Positions 28,344 to 37,083 of a DNA stretch of 64,000 nt are shown in pieces. The notes under the pieces were generated by a model. The model was not told where the DNA came from. It did no database searches and was given only the letters and a program-made list of their open reading frames with translations. The stretch's first letter is position 1; each line of letters opens with the position of its first letter. The stretch is taken from sequence record NC_031107.2. One strand, written 5' to 3'. A program made the position numbers and the translations under genes.

Positions 28344-28940
28344 ATGAAAACGTACAAAATAGCGGTTGTGGGTTCGCGTGAAACTGATAGTGACACGATG
28401 CACGAAATGTACATGTGGTTGCTGCGAGGTTTCAACGGGTTAATTCGGAAAGGTTACACGTTTGAATACCGCAGCGGCGGGTGCTACAAAGGCCCCGACC
28501 AGTTGCAATTCCAGTTTGCACGCCAGTGGGCCACTGTGGTCGATCAAGATACAGGTAAACGTTTAGACTTAAAGGACAAGTTCATTTGTTACCTGCCTGA
28601 CGACAAAAAGCTCTGGCTTAAGAATGTGCACAAAAACGTGGAGTTCCGAGTGATACCTCAGGATGAGCGTTATCGGGAGATAGTGTCACGTCATCATCCT
28701 GCCCCCGATAAGCTCCAGCCCTTTGCCTGGGGATTGCATGGCCGCAACCTTAACATTGTTATGGGCGACAATTTAGACGACCCGGTTGATGCCGTCTATT
28801 ATTCCGCCGACCACGATAAACACGGTAATCCAAAAGGCGGGACTGCCATGGCTGTAAAGTACGCGAAGGAATGCGGGATACCCTGTTTCTACCATGCGAC
28901 TGACTCTCGCGACTGGCTTGAGAGCGTGCGCTTATTATGA
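28344..28940 (+). CDS. SLOG superfamily (DprA/YspA-like) protein, 198 aa
   Basis: IAVVGSR, SGG..GPD, LHGRN..IVMG, GGTAMAVKYAKECGIP motifs. Confidence 0.7.
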   Translation: MKTYKIAVVGSRETDSDTMHEMYMWLLRGFNGLIRKGYTFEYRSGGCYKGPDQLQFQFARQWATVVDQDTGKRLDLKDKFICYLPDDKKLWLKNVHKNVEFRVIPQDERYREIVSRHHPAPDKLQPFAWGLHGRNLNIVMGDNLDDPVDAVYYSADHDKHGNPKGGTAMAVKYAKECGIPCFYHATDSRDWLESVRLL

Positions 28941-28968
28941 CCTGAGCGCTTTACACGAGGCTACCGCT

Positions 28969-29235
28969 ATGCAAACCACTGGATTAGCTCAACGTTTGTG
29001 GGAAGCGTTCTTCCCCTCCCCGCCACCGAAGAAAAAAGTGTCTCTTCGTCGTTGGCAAGGTAGCGAAGAAGAATTCTTCGAGCACCTGAACCGTAAAGGG
29101 TTTGATGCGAAAGTTGCTCCTGAGGACAACAATCCGTACATGACCATTTACACATCCAAAGAGACAGGCGAGGTTATCGGTACCCATGTCCGCTGGCCAG
29201 GACGTAACCATTACTACGTTATGTCCATTTCGTAA
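28969..29235 (+). CDS. Hypothetical protein, 88 aa
   Basis: GAGG SD before ATG 28969. Confidence 0.55.
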   Translation: MQTTGLAQRLWEAFFPSPPPKKKVSLRRWQGSEEEFFEHLNRKGFDAKVAPEDNNPYMTIYTSKETGEVIGTHVRWPGRNHYYVMSIS

Positions 29236-29257
29236 GTCACTGTAAAAGGAGTCGGAG

Positions 29258-30409
29258 ATGTCGACGCTCGATTTAGATTTTGAAGTGCTCACCGATGATT
29301 GGGAACGCTTAATAGCGTTAGAGTCTATTGGTGTCGGGGTCGACAACCCGGCTGTACAAGCGATTTGTCGACGTTGGTGTATCACCGACGAAGAACTGGT
29401 GGTGGCACGCGAATCACGCGAAATGATGGAACGTGCACAAGCTACCGCCGATGCCGCTTCGCAGGGCAGCATTGCTGACGTCTACGCCCGTAAAGCCATT
29501 AAAGGCGTCGGTAAAGTCGCAGTGAAAGGGGCGGCTAAAGTCGGTATGAAGGCGGGGCATGTCACCGCAGATGTATCGAAGAAACTGATGCACCGCTTTA
29601 ATGCGTTTGCAGCCGACCTTGCCAAAGAGCAAGTCGAGTACATGAAAGAGGCGGTCTCTAAAGCGACACGTCTCGAAAAGCAAGCGCAACACCTGGCGAT
29701 TGAATTAAAAGAACACAAGACCCTCAACATTCACCCGGTTGAAACGGGACGCTGGACGTCGAAGGTCTGTATCGAAGATAAAGTGGATGTGCACGGCTGC
29801 ATCGGCTTTATCTCACGAGGTGGTGCCTTAGAAGGGGCGGTGCAGGAATATGTGGTGCGTACCCGCGGTGTACTGGAATCGAAGAAAATCAACGAAGACG
29901 GTACACTGGATAAATTCGGACGTTCCACCAACTGGGCTATCAAACGCGCCGGTGGGTTACTCGGCATTGTTACTCCGTTTAAGAAAGTCATTGCACGACC
30001 GCTTGCCGGTAACGTGATTCTGGTTGAGCACCATAACGGACTTATCCAGTATTCGGTAGCGAACGATGGTGATTACGACGACCACATCCCGTCTCTGTCC
30101 CATGCGGATTGTGACGCCGCCCTGAAAGCGGTACGTGAGATTGTGGGTCTGCTACGTGAACGTGGCGTGAAGCGTAAAGCGGTTGGCTATACTGGGATTA
30201 ACCAGGAAGTCGAACACATGCGCTCTGAGCTGAAAACGGTGGCACCGAAAGACCTGTCTATGCTGACCAAAGCGTATAAGTCTGCGATGGCACTGGAAGA
30301 TGCGTACACCACAGCGCTGGTGCGTATCGGTGAAGGGTTGCTGGAATACGTTAAACGTTCGCTGAAAGGGCAAGGCAGCAATGAAAATCATTCTGATAAC
30401 AAAGCCTGA
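29258..30409 (+). CDS. Probable internal head (ejection) protein with propeptide, 383 aa
   Basis: Acidic N-terminus with IALE-S and VARE-S protease-type motifs, then a basic helical region, like phiKZ-type head paralogs. Confidence 0.5.
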   Translation: MSTLDLDFEVLTDDWERLIALESIGVGVDNPAVQAICRRWCITDEELVVARESREMMERAQATADAASQGSIADVYARKAIKGVGKVAVKGAAKVGMKAGHVTADVSKKLMHRFNAFAADLAKEQVEYMKEAVSKATRLEKQAQHLAIELKEHKTLNIHPVETGRWTSKVCIEDKVDVHGCIGFISRGGALEGAVQEYVVRTRGVLESKKINEDGTLDKFGRSTNWAIKRAGGLLGIVTPFKKVIARPLAGNVILVEHHNGLIQYSVANDGDYDDHIPSLSHADCDAALKAVREIVGLLRERGVKRKAVGYTGINQEVEHMRSELKTVAPKDLSMLTKAYKSAMALEDAYTTALVRIGEGLLEYVKRSLKGQGSNENHSDNKA

Positions 30410-30845
30410 TAGCAAATACGGAAAGCTCTACGGCGAAGGACTACTGGGACTGCACAATGAACTCTACGACGACCAGCACGAAAAGCTTGACCAACTCAAT
30501 GGCCGTCAGGGCTTTTCTCGCATTAGCGCACTTACCGACGTGTGGGATGTTGGCACTCTATGCGCGTGCGCTGTTGATGACGATAACCGTCCTGTGGGCT
30601 TCATTACGTTCTCCTACACCAAACAGGGGAATCGTTTCCTCTGGGTGCACAACTTCTTTGTACATGAAGCCCACCGCTCCTCAGGAGTCGGACAAACGCT
30701 GATTGATACCGTCAGGGATTACGGTAAGAGCAAAGGCTGCAAATGGATGCAACTCACGGTGCTGGACAATAACTCCCGCGCTATTGCGTTCTACGAACGT
30801 TACGGTTTCCGTACTGAATACCAGGACATGGTAAAGGAGTTGTAA
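30381..30845 (+). CDS. GNAT-family acetyltransferase, 154 aa
   Basis: FFVHEAHRSSGVGQTLI; NNSRAIAFYERYGF. Confidence 0.85.
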   Translation: MKIILITKPDSKYGKLYGEGLLGLHNELYDDQHEKLDQLNGRQGFSRISALTDVWDVGTLCACAVDDDNRPVGFITFSYTKQGNRFLWVHNFFVHEAHRSSGVGQTLIDTVRDYGKSKGCKWMQLTVLDNNSRAIAFYERYGFRTEYQDMVKEL

Positions 30846-31454
30846 ATGACTTCCATCCGCAGCGTGCCCCATCAACCCGGCACGCGGTTTACATTTGCTG
30901 TAAAACGTTACTGGACAACTGTACGTCCAGGCTGGAAAGTGGTGCGGGCTGCGGGGACGTTCTGGTCTTTACCACCGGGTACGCTCAACCACATGAGCAT
31001 TGAAGAAATCCTCAAGTTCGCCGCATTGGCCGATCGTCGTCAGCGGGCTTCGTTTAGTGCTGTTGCGCAGTGCACCGAAGAACGGAAAACACGGAATGCG
31101 TGTGAGCGAGGAATCTACTGGACAGGACAGAAAGCCTTCCAGGTGGGGATGTGTCAAGACCGTTGTATCGTCACCCCATTCCAGGGTGACTACGGCGGAA
31201 CGTTCTTTACCGGGATATTTGTAAGCTTCCCGGACGCACCGGAAAAAGATTATTACCTGGCGACACCGAAAGATGTCACCATGGCTACGTTTTATAAATA
31301 TCTCCTGTTCTATAAAGAACACATTGGCATCCACCCAGTGCAGGAGGATTGGTATTATCATAACTCCCTGCCGTATGGTCGGGACAGGAGATTAGCAAGA
31401 TGTTCTATGAAGAACTTCGAAAGTACACCAGTGCAATTCGCGCTGGAAATATAA
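30846..31454 (+). CDS. Hypothetical protein, 202 aa
   Basis: AAGGAG SD; coupled ORF. Confidence 0.6.
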   Translation: MTSIRSVPHQPGTRFTFAVKRYWTTVRPGWKVVRAAGTFWSLPPGTLNHMSIEEILKFAALADRRQRASFSAVAQCTEERKTRNACERGIYWTGQKAFQVGMCQDRCIVTPFQGDYGGTFFTGIFVSFPDAPEKDYYLATPKDVTMATFYKYLLFYKEHIGIHPVQEDWYYHNSLPYGRDRRLARCSMKNFESTPVQFALEI

Positions 31455-31771
31455 GGCAGGATAACGATTTACAAGATGTGGTGGATGTCCTTCGGCGTTC
31501 CGACGATGTATTGTATGTGGATGTCGAAGACGCATTTGTGGCAGAAGGGGTGAAGCGTGTACAGTTAACTGTGCGAGCCAAAGCAGGTAGCTGTTCTCTC
31601 TCCTTCCGTCTCAGTGCGGATTTCTTTATTCCGTTGCGTTGTTACTTTAGTCATGACGGTGATGTCTACCCGGCACGCTGGAACGACAACTTTTCAAAAT
31701 TTGGCTACCCACTCGAAGAACACCGGCAGACGGTGTACGACTTTATGAAGTCGGTCATCGAGGGGTTCTAA
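31400..31771 (+). CDS. Hypothetical protein, up to 123 aa
   Basis: ORF filling the gap; start uncertain (55-nt overlap with the upstream gene). Confidence 0.5.
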   Translation: MFYEELRKYTSAIRAGNIRQDNDLQDVVDVLRRSDDVLYVDVEDAFVAEGVKRVQLTVRAKAGSCSLSFRLSADFFIPLRCYFSHDGDVYPARWNDNFSKFGYPLEEHRQTVYDFMKSVIEGF

Positions 31772-31782
31772 TGGGGTAAACT

Positions 31783-32385
31783 GTGATGTCTGAGATGATT
31801 CTCGATTCGCTGTTTTTGATAACGATTACCGACATCAACAAAAGCGGTAAACTGCCCCGGACTGTCTGCATCAGCCGTCATGGTTTTACGCGTTCTTATC
31901 ATCTTTCATCGGTGTTAAAAATTGCGTGTACTGTGACGGGGATGAAACGTCCGTCGCAGACCTGTAGTATCAATCACGTTCTGATGATTCTGCAACGTGC
32001 AATCTCCACTATCCGTCGTAAACGTCGTCGGGCATCGTTCCGTTTCTACCCTAACTCTACCAATAAAGTAGTGGGAGGTAACATGGATAACGTTGTCGAT
32101 TTGCGTGAAGCGACGTGCAATGTGCGGGGATTGGCTTTCAACCGACTGCACGCGGTATTACACGAAACCGATCGTGTCCCTACGCCGCAGGAAGGGAAAG
32201 CTGCGCTAGAACTTCTGCGTCAAGCGGAACTGGTGATTGTTGATACCAATATCCAGGCCGTTCGGATTCAGCACTATCTGGCGAAACAAGCACTGCTCGC
32301 GCTGTGTGTAACCGGCGAGCAAGCTTCTGAGTTAACCTTACCCGAAGTACCCGTGTGGGGCGACCCGCAAGTGGATCATCAGTAA
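31783..32385 (+). CDS. Hypothetical protein, 200 aa
   Basis: ORF followed by a terminator. Confidence 0.6.
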   Translation: MMSEMILDSLFLITITDINKSGKLPRTVCISRHGFTRSYHLSSVLKIACTVTGMKRPSQTCSINHVLMILQRAISTIRRKRRRASFRFYPNSTNKVVGGNMDNVVDLREATCNVRGLAFNRLHAVLHETDRVPTPQEGKAALELLRQAELVIVDTNIQAVRIQHYLAKQALLALCVTGEQASELTLPEVPVWGDPQVDHQ

Positions 32386-32387
32386 GG

Positions 32388-32428
32388 TATACCCCCTCAC
32401 TTCGGTGAGGGGATACTCTATTATTTTT
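32388..32428 (+). terminator. Intrinsic terminator (UUCG loop)
   Basis: cccctcac-ttcg-gtgagggg followed by a T-rich tract. Confidence 0.7.
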
Positions 32429-32469
32429 TGGATAGATTTCATTTAAGTGAATCCGCCCCCTTAAGGAGT

Positions 32470-33174
32470 ATGAAATTGGATACACTTATGAAAAGCTTCG
32501 GTGCACGAAATATCAACGAAGTGATGAACCACACCAGTTATCAGTTTGTCAGCCTGCACAGCGATAAAGCCGCCACGATGATGCTCTACTATTTCCGTAT
32601 CGTCGACACACCCGATCGGATGCAAGGGTTTTTCGTGGATGCCAAAAGCGGGATGATTCTGTTTCCCATGGGCTACCAACCAATGTACAAAAAGGAAGAC
32701 CCGTATGTGTACGAGGACGTTCTGTGTGAAGCTTCGCGCTATTATATCGAGCACTGTCGTCTGGATAAGGATATCAAGGAAGCCATGACGCAGGGTGACC
32801 GGATAAAGTTAGCACAACTGGAGCCGACCCTGTATGCACTGTTCGATTTGGCGAACCGGGTTTACAGCACTACGCGTAATGTTCAATTACGAGCTATGAA
32901 GTATCGGGATGTGTTGCAATATGAACGTATCCCAATGGCGGTGCTTGGTAAAGAACGCCAGGTGTGGGTTGAACGTGAAATTCGTTTCTTCTCACGTCAC
33001 GAACAAATCATTTACCGAATTGAATTGGGGGGTACCAAACTCCATCCGCAGGTCATTCAGTTATCACGCAAGTTCACTCTGGGAAGGATTCCAACACTGA
33101 CCGAATTCCTGATGTTGCCTGAGAACCTGCCCTACATGGAAGCTTACTACGCCCGCCGCGATAGTGAGAAGTGA
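32470..33174 (+). CDS. Hypothetical protein, 234 aa
   Basis: ccttAAGGAG SD directly before ATG 32470 (short spacer; ATG 32488 is an alternative). Confidence 0.6.
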   Translation: MKLDTLMKSFGARNINEVMNHTSYQFVSLHSDKAATMMLYYFRIVDTPDRMQGFFVDAKSGMILFPMGYQPMYKKEDPYVYEDVLCEASRYYIEHCRLDKDIKEAMTQGDRIKLAQLEPTLYALFDLANRVYSTTRNVQLRAMKYRDVLQYERIPMAVLGKERQVWVEREIRFFSRHEQIIYRIELGGTKLHPQVIQLSRKFTLGRIPTLTEFLMLPENLPYMEAYYARRDSEK

Positions 33175-33179
33175 TTTTT

Positions 33180-33232
33180 TACGTCAGTAGCAGTGTATAT
33201 GCAATACCCGTAGTGAGTCGGGCAAAACTCAC
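33180..33232 (+). promoter_or_regulatory. TAC-N15-TATG promoter followed by an H-type pseudoknot in the 5' leader
   Basis: S1 CCCG/CGGG, L1 TA, S2 GTGAGT/ACTCAC, L3 CAAA. Confidence 0.55.
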
Positions 33233-33262
33233 CACACCTTAACTTATATAGAGAGAAACCTC

Positions 33263-34015
33263 ATGTTAGAAGCAAATGTACTGTTTTCCAAAGACGGCAA
33301 GAAAACCATCAGTATCCTTGAGTCCAACGTCAAACATCGGTCTGACGCATTTAAACGATACCGTATGGCGATTACCGACGTAACCACTGGTGAAGTGTGG
33401 TCTTTTGCCACAAACATCAATGCGGCGGTTTCTTTGCCCCCTGAGGAAAACAAAGCTCGCGCGGTACAAGCTTTCATGAATGAGCTCGGTATCCTGTTCT
33501 TTAAATTGATTGTACGCCGGGAAGAAACGCGTGAAGCCTACATCGCCGATGATTGGGAAAAGCTCGCAGAACTCTGCCCGCGCTACACGATCACAAAAGA
33601 TTTCCTGGGACCGGTTTCCGAATATCTACTCGGAACGATATGGGTGCATCCGCCAGTCACGCAGTCGCGCAAGGCCAGTTTAAATTTCCGTGCTAATCAC
33701 CGCGGGGTTGATTTGGTTGTGGGCTGTAAGCTTGGCTGGAGTCAGCGCGCCATCGATTCCCAACAGGTCACTGCCACTTACAGCTTCGGACTACAGAGCG
33801 GTACGATGAATGATTTTCGTGACATTGGAAATCTCGAACTGCGCCATTCGTACAAGAAAGCCGAATGGCCATCGGTTAAGCAATTCATGGCCGAGCCACG
33901 AGTCGAACGTGTACTCGATGCCTGGTTAATGTCGCACAAGTATTTTGAATTGAAGGGCCCGGCGGTTGAAATGAACCCCGACCCAATCTCCACACTTAAT
34001 AACAACGAGAAGTAA
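33263..34015 (+). CDS. Hypothetical protein, 250 aa (monocistronic)
   Basis: ORF bounded by its own promoter and terminator. Confidence 0.7.
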   Translation: MLEANVLFSKDGKKTISILESNVKHRSDAFKRYRMAITDVTTGEVWSFATNINAAVSLPPEENKARAVQAFMNELGILFFKLIVRREETREAYIADDWEKLAELCPRYTITKDFLGPVSEYLLGTIWVHPPVTQSRKASLNFRANHRGVDLVVGCKLGWSQRAIDSQQVTATYSFGLQSGTMNDFRDIGNLELRHSYKKAEWPSVKQFMAEPRVERVLDAWLMSHKYFELKGPAVEMNPDPISTLNNNEK

Positions 34016-34035
34016 GTAGTCTATTCTTCCCGCCC

Positions 34036-34066
34036 AGGAGACCTTCGGGTCTCCTTCTTTTTTTTT
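34036..34066 (+). terminator. Intrinsic terminator (UUCG loop)
   Basis: aggagacc-ttcg-ggtctcct followed by a T tract. Confidence 0.8.
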
Positions 34067-34067
34067 C

Positions 34068-34089
34068 TACGCCCCGTGCTAATAGTGTG
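34068..34089 (+). promoter_or_regulatory. TAC-N15-TGTG motif
   Basis: cTAC gccccgtgctaatag TGTG. Confidence 0.5.
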
Positions 34090-34122
34090 AACAGCAACAA
34101 TAAAATAACTCGGGGAATTATC

Positions 34123-34746
34123 ATGTTAAAATCAGTGTCATTAGACGGCCCAGACTTTGCAGGGAAAGACACGCTGTCTAATCTCATTGTGGGTATGCTA
34201 CGTGCAGCGGGGGTCAATGCGGTGATGATTAATCACCCAACCTCCGTAACGGAGCCGGGGATTCGTGCACGCAATCTGGTGGGGCAGAGTGCATCGAAGC
34301 AAAAGATTGCCGAAGCCATGTGTGAAGACTTCCACATCACCATGGATGAAAAGGTACCGCTTTATGACGTGGTCATCTTTAACCGCTTCTGTCTGTCAAC
34401 AATTGCGTACCAGGGTGTTGATGGGAAAGGTGAAGTGTTCCGCTCCCGTGTCGCCGATCACCCCAACGCCCCACAACTCTACGTGGCGTTGGATATCGAT
34501 TACGCTACCGCTATGGAGCGTTACAAGAAACGTTTAGCAGCCCAGGGCAAGAACTGGGACGATGATGTACTGACGTCGCGCTACCTTCAGGACGAGAAGG
34601 CGTGGAACGGTTTGCGTGATGCGTATCGTTTTGCTCACCAAATCGTCACCGAGGGTGGGGACAAGTTCCCGTTAATGAACGTGGTGTCGGACGACAACAT
34701 TACATTAACCGCCAGCCGAATCGTACAACGTATTCTGGAAGGTTGA
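34123..34746 (+). CDS. tmk: Thymidylate (dNMP) kinase, 207 aa
   Basis: P-loop LDGPDFAGKDT; IFNRFCLSTIAYQG matches the dTMPK DR(F/Y)..S..AYQG motif; LDID..TAMER. Confidence 0.8.
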   Translation: MLKSVSLDGPDFAGKDTLSNLIVGMLRAAGVNAVMINHPTSVTEPGIRARNLVGQSASKQKIAEAMCEDFHITMDEKVPLYDVVIFNRFCLSTIAYQGVDGKGEVFRSRVADHPNAPQLYVALDIDYATAMERYKKRLAAQGKNWDDDVLTSRYLQDEKAWNGLRDAYRFAHQIVTEGGDKFPLMNVVSDDNITLTASRIVQRILEG

Positions 34747-34750
34747 TACA

Positions 34751-34787
34751 ACCCCTCTTACCTTCGGGTAAGGGGGAGCTTTATTTT
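34751..34787 (+). terminator. Intrinsic terminator (UUCG loop)
   Basis: ccc(ct)cttacc-ttcg-ggtaagggg followed by a T-rich tract. Confidence 0.65.
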
Positions 34788-34793
34788 AAATAT

Positions 34794-34868
34794 TCTCAGA
34801 TATATTTTACCTAGGTGAGAGTTGTTGGTTGAACTCTTAATCGACTATTAATCTAAAGGAGTATTACC
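34794..34868 (+). promoter_or_regulatory. Early promoter/leader module
   Basis: cagatatattttacctaggtgagag, hairpin, TCGACTA, ctAAAGGAG. Confidence 0.65.
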
Positions 34869-35240
34869 ATGGCACGTTTTAAACACGAATCTGTACATCT
34901 CGTAAAAATGAAATTCTTGGTACGTTTGTCTTTCATTATCAAACGTATTACCGAGGTGGATATCACCCAGAAAGAACTGGCCGAGTTCATCGGGTGTTCT
35001 GCTTCCCAAATCTCCGCCGTGAAGAACGAGCGTGAGAAAGCCGTTACCGTACAAACCCTGATGCGTATCGCCGATGCGCTCAAGCTGACCTACAGCATTG
35101 AGCTGCGTTCTTTCAACGGTAAAGTTACTGAGAACTTCCGTCTGGAATCGGCGGTCGAGTACATGAAAGAGAATCCTATCCGCGTACTGGAAACCGGGAT
35201 TCGTGTTCTGGCTCGTCGTCAAAATGTCGTTACGCACTGA
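34869..35240 (+). CDS. XRE-family HTH transcriptional regulator, 123 aa
   Basis: ITQKELAEFIGCSASQISAVKN...TVQTLMRIADAL is a canonical Cro/C1 HTH. Confidence 0.8.
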   Translation: MARFKHESVHLVKMKFLVRLSFIIKRITEVDITQKELAEFIGCSASQISAVKNEREKAVTVQTLMRIADALKLTYSIELRSFNGKVTENFRLESAVEYMKENPIRVLETGIRVLARRQNVVTH

Positions 35241-35250
35241 GGGAATAGTA

Positions 35251-35670
35251 ATGGATAAACGTATTTTTAGTTGGTACGCACCTGGGGGTCTGTCTTTGGG
35301 GAACAATATGCGCCTCCCTGAAGAACTTATAGAAGTTTTCCGTGTATCGCCGGAACCTATCCAGGTGATAGAAGAAAAGCCAACACCCACAGTGTACTTA
35401 CCGTTCACCCGTGCTGAGCACGACACTATTTACTTCGGCAACATGCCCATCGACCCATTGGGTATCCACTATTTAGAAGAATACCTGAAATCTGCGAACA
35501 TCGTGTTGCAGCTGGTAAAAATGACCGACCAGGACGCCACCGATTTCAAAGGTTACTTTCAATGGTACATCGGTTACTTGAATATAAAAATGTACACACC
35601 GCAGAAGATTCTCCAGAACACTAGCGGTTTATGGATGGAACATCTCCGTAGATTGGGAGCGAGCGTATGA
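35251..35670 (+). CDS. Hypothetical protein, 139 aa
   Basis: GAGGG SD; ATGA coupling to the next gene. Confidence 0.6.
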   Translation: MDKRIFSWYAPGGLSLGNNMRLPEELIEVFRVSPEPIQVIEEKPTPTVYLPFTRAEHDTIYFGNMPIDPLGIHYLEEYLKSANIVLQLVKMTDQDATDFKGYFQWYIGYLNIKMYTPQKILQNTSGLWMEHLRRLGASV

Positions 35671-36053
35671 ACTGGTATGTTCACGGTATTACCAAGCGGG
35701 TCATGAAAGAAGATGATGACCGCTGCAAGCATCTCAAGGTCGGTGAAGTGGCTCCCCGTTATACCGCGGAGTGTGACAGCTTCGGTCGTGAGACGTACTA
35801 CATGTGCGAGAAATGTTATCAAGCGTTACAGGAACAGCTGGCCAAAGAAGACGTCACCTGCAACGATTGTAACGGCGTGTTCCCGCGACAAGATACCATC
35901 GAATGGAAGTGGTATGACTTTGACCACCGCCAGGGTGATGAAGCCTTGTGTATCTGCAACAACTGTGTCTCACTCCCGCGACATCTTAACCGGATGGAAG
36001 CGAGCAAACGTGCCTACGAAGAAGACGTGGCATCGTTGGAAGACGACTACTAA
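35667..36053 (+). CDS. Cys-rich, probable zinc-binding protein, 128 aa
   Basis: CEKC, CNDC, CICNNC and further Cys/His residues. Confidence 0.65.
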   Translation: MNWYVHGITKRVMKEDDDRCKHLKVGEVAPRYTAECDSFGRETYYMCEKCYQALQEQLAKEDVTCNDCNGVFPRQDTIEWKWYDFDHRQGDEALCICNNCVSLPRHLNRMEASKRAYEEDVASLEDDY

Positions 36054-36060
36054 AAGAATC

Positions 36061-36095
36061 GGGGAGCTTCGGCTCCCTTTCTTTTTTGTCTTTTT
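36061..36095 (+). terminator. Intrinsic terminator (UUCG loop)
   Basis: gggagc-ttcg-gctccc followed by T tracts. Confidence 0.75.
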
Positions 36096-36116
36096 ACAAG
36101 ATACCCTATTGTTGTG
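36095..36116 (+). promoter_or_regulatory. TAC-N15-TGTG motif upstream of dam
   Basis: ttttTAC aagataccctattgt TGTG. Confidence 0.5.
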
Positions 36117-36254
36117 AAAGCGTGTGTCTTTTCTGACACAGCGTAAACAAACACCTACGGCTTGCACAGCAATGCGTGCTCAAGATGACGTGGTTATCAG
36201 GGAAGTAACTAAAAACCTGCCACAGCGCGTCTGAGCGCGTTTTAGAGGGTATTA

Positions 36255-37073
36255 ATGATTAAACCAATTCTTAAGTGGATGGGCGGGAAATCTCGTATCC
36301 TCCCAATCCTATTACAACACCTGCCACAACGAGGAACCTTCGTGGAGCCGTTCGTCGGGGCAGGGTCGGTATTCCTTAATACCAATTACGACAACTATAT
36401 CCTGGCGGACTCCAATCCAGACTTGATTGAGTTGTTGGTTATCGCAAAGGATGAACCGGAAGCTTTGATTGCGGCCACCCAACCGTTGTTTTTGGACGGG
36501 AATGTTCGCAGGACGTTTATGGAGCGTCGAGAAGCTTTCAACGCGGCAGGCACGGATGGGATGTCGCGGGTTAATCGTGCAGCAATGTTTTTATACTTAA
36601 TGCGTCACGGGTACAACGGCATGTGTCGCTATAACGGAGGTGGGGGTTTTAATGTACCGTTCGGGAAATACCCCAAAGGGGTGTATTATCCGCTGAACGA
36701 GATTAATGCCTGGGCGAAGAAATGTCGGGAGACCAATGTTACTTTGCTGTGTGCAGATTTCCGTGTTGTGCTGGAGTCGTGTCCAGACGATGCTGTTATC
36801 TACGCAGACCCACCGTATATTCCGCTGTCGGATACAGCGAAACATGCTCAGTACCACAAAAAAGAATTTTCGCAGACCGACCACCGTGTGTTATCCAAGC
36901 TTCTGTTCCAACAGGTAAAGCGGGGGAACAACGTGGTGCTGTCTAATGCGGATACTTTATTAACCCGCGAAATATACCACGGCTTTAACTGGCATACAGT
37001 TGAGGTTGGGCGGTTTATGTCGGCGGACAAATCCAAACGCAAAACGGTACCCGAACTTATCGGTGTGCTGTAA
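36255..37073 (+). CDS. dam: Dam-family DNA adenine methyltransferase, 272 aa
   Basis: LKWMGGK, EPFVGAGSV (SAM binding), YNGMCRYN..G.FNVPFG, YADPPY catalytic motif, LSN. Confidence 0.9.
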   Translation: MIKPILKWMGGKSRILPILLQHLPQRGTFVEPFVGAGSVFLNTNYDNYILADSNPDLIELLVIAKDEPEALIAATQPLFLDGNVRRTFMERREAFNAAGTDGMSRVNRAAMFLYLMRHGYNGMCRYNGGGGFNVPFGKYPKGVYYPLNEINAWAKKCRETNVTLLCADFRVVLESCPDDAVIYADPPYIPLSDTAKHAQYHKKEFSQTDHRVLSKLLFQQVKRGNNVVLSNADTLLTREIYHGFNWHTVEVGRFMSADKSKRKTVPELIGVL

Positions 37074-37083
37074 AGGGCAGGCT

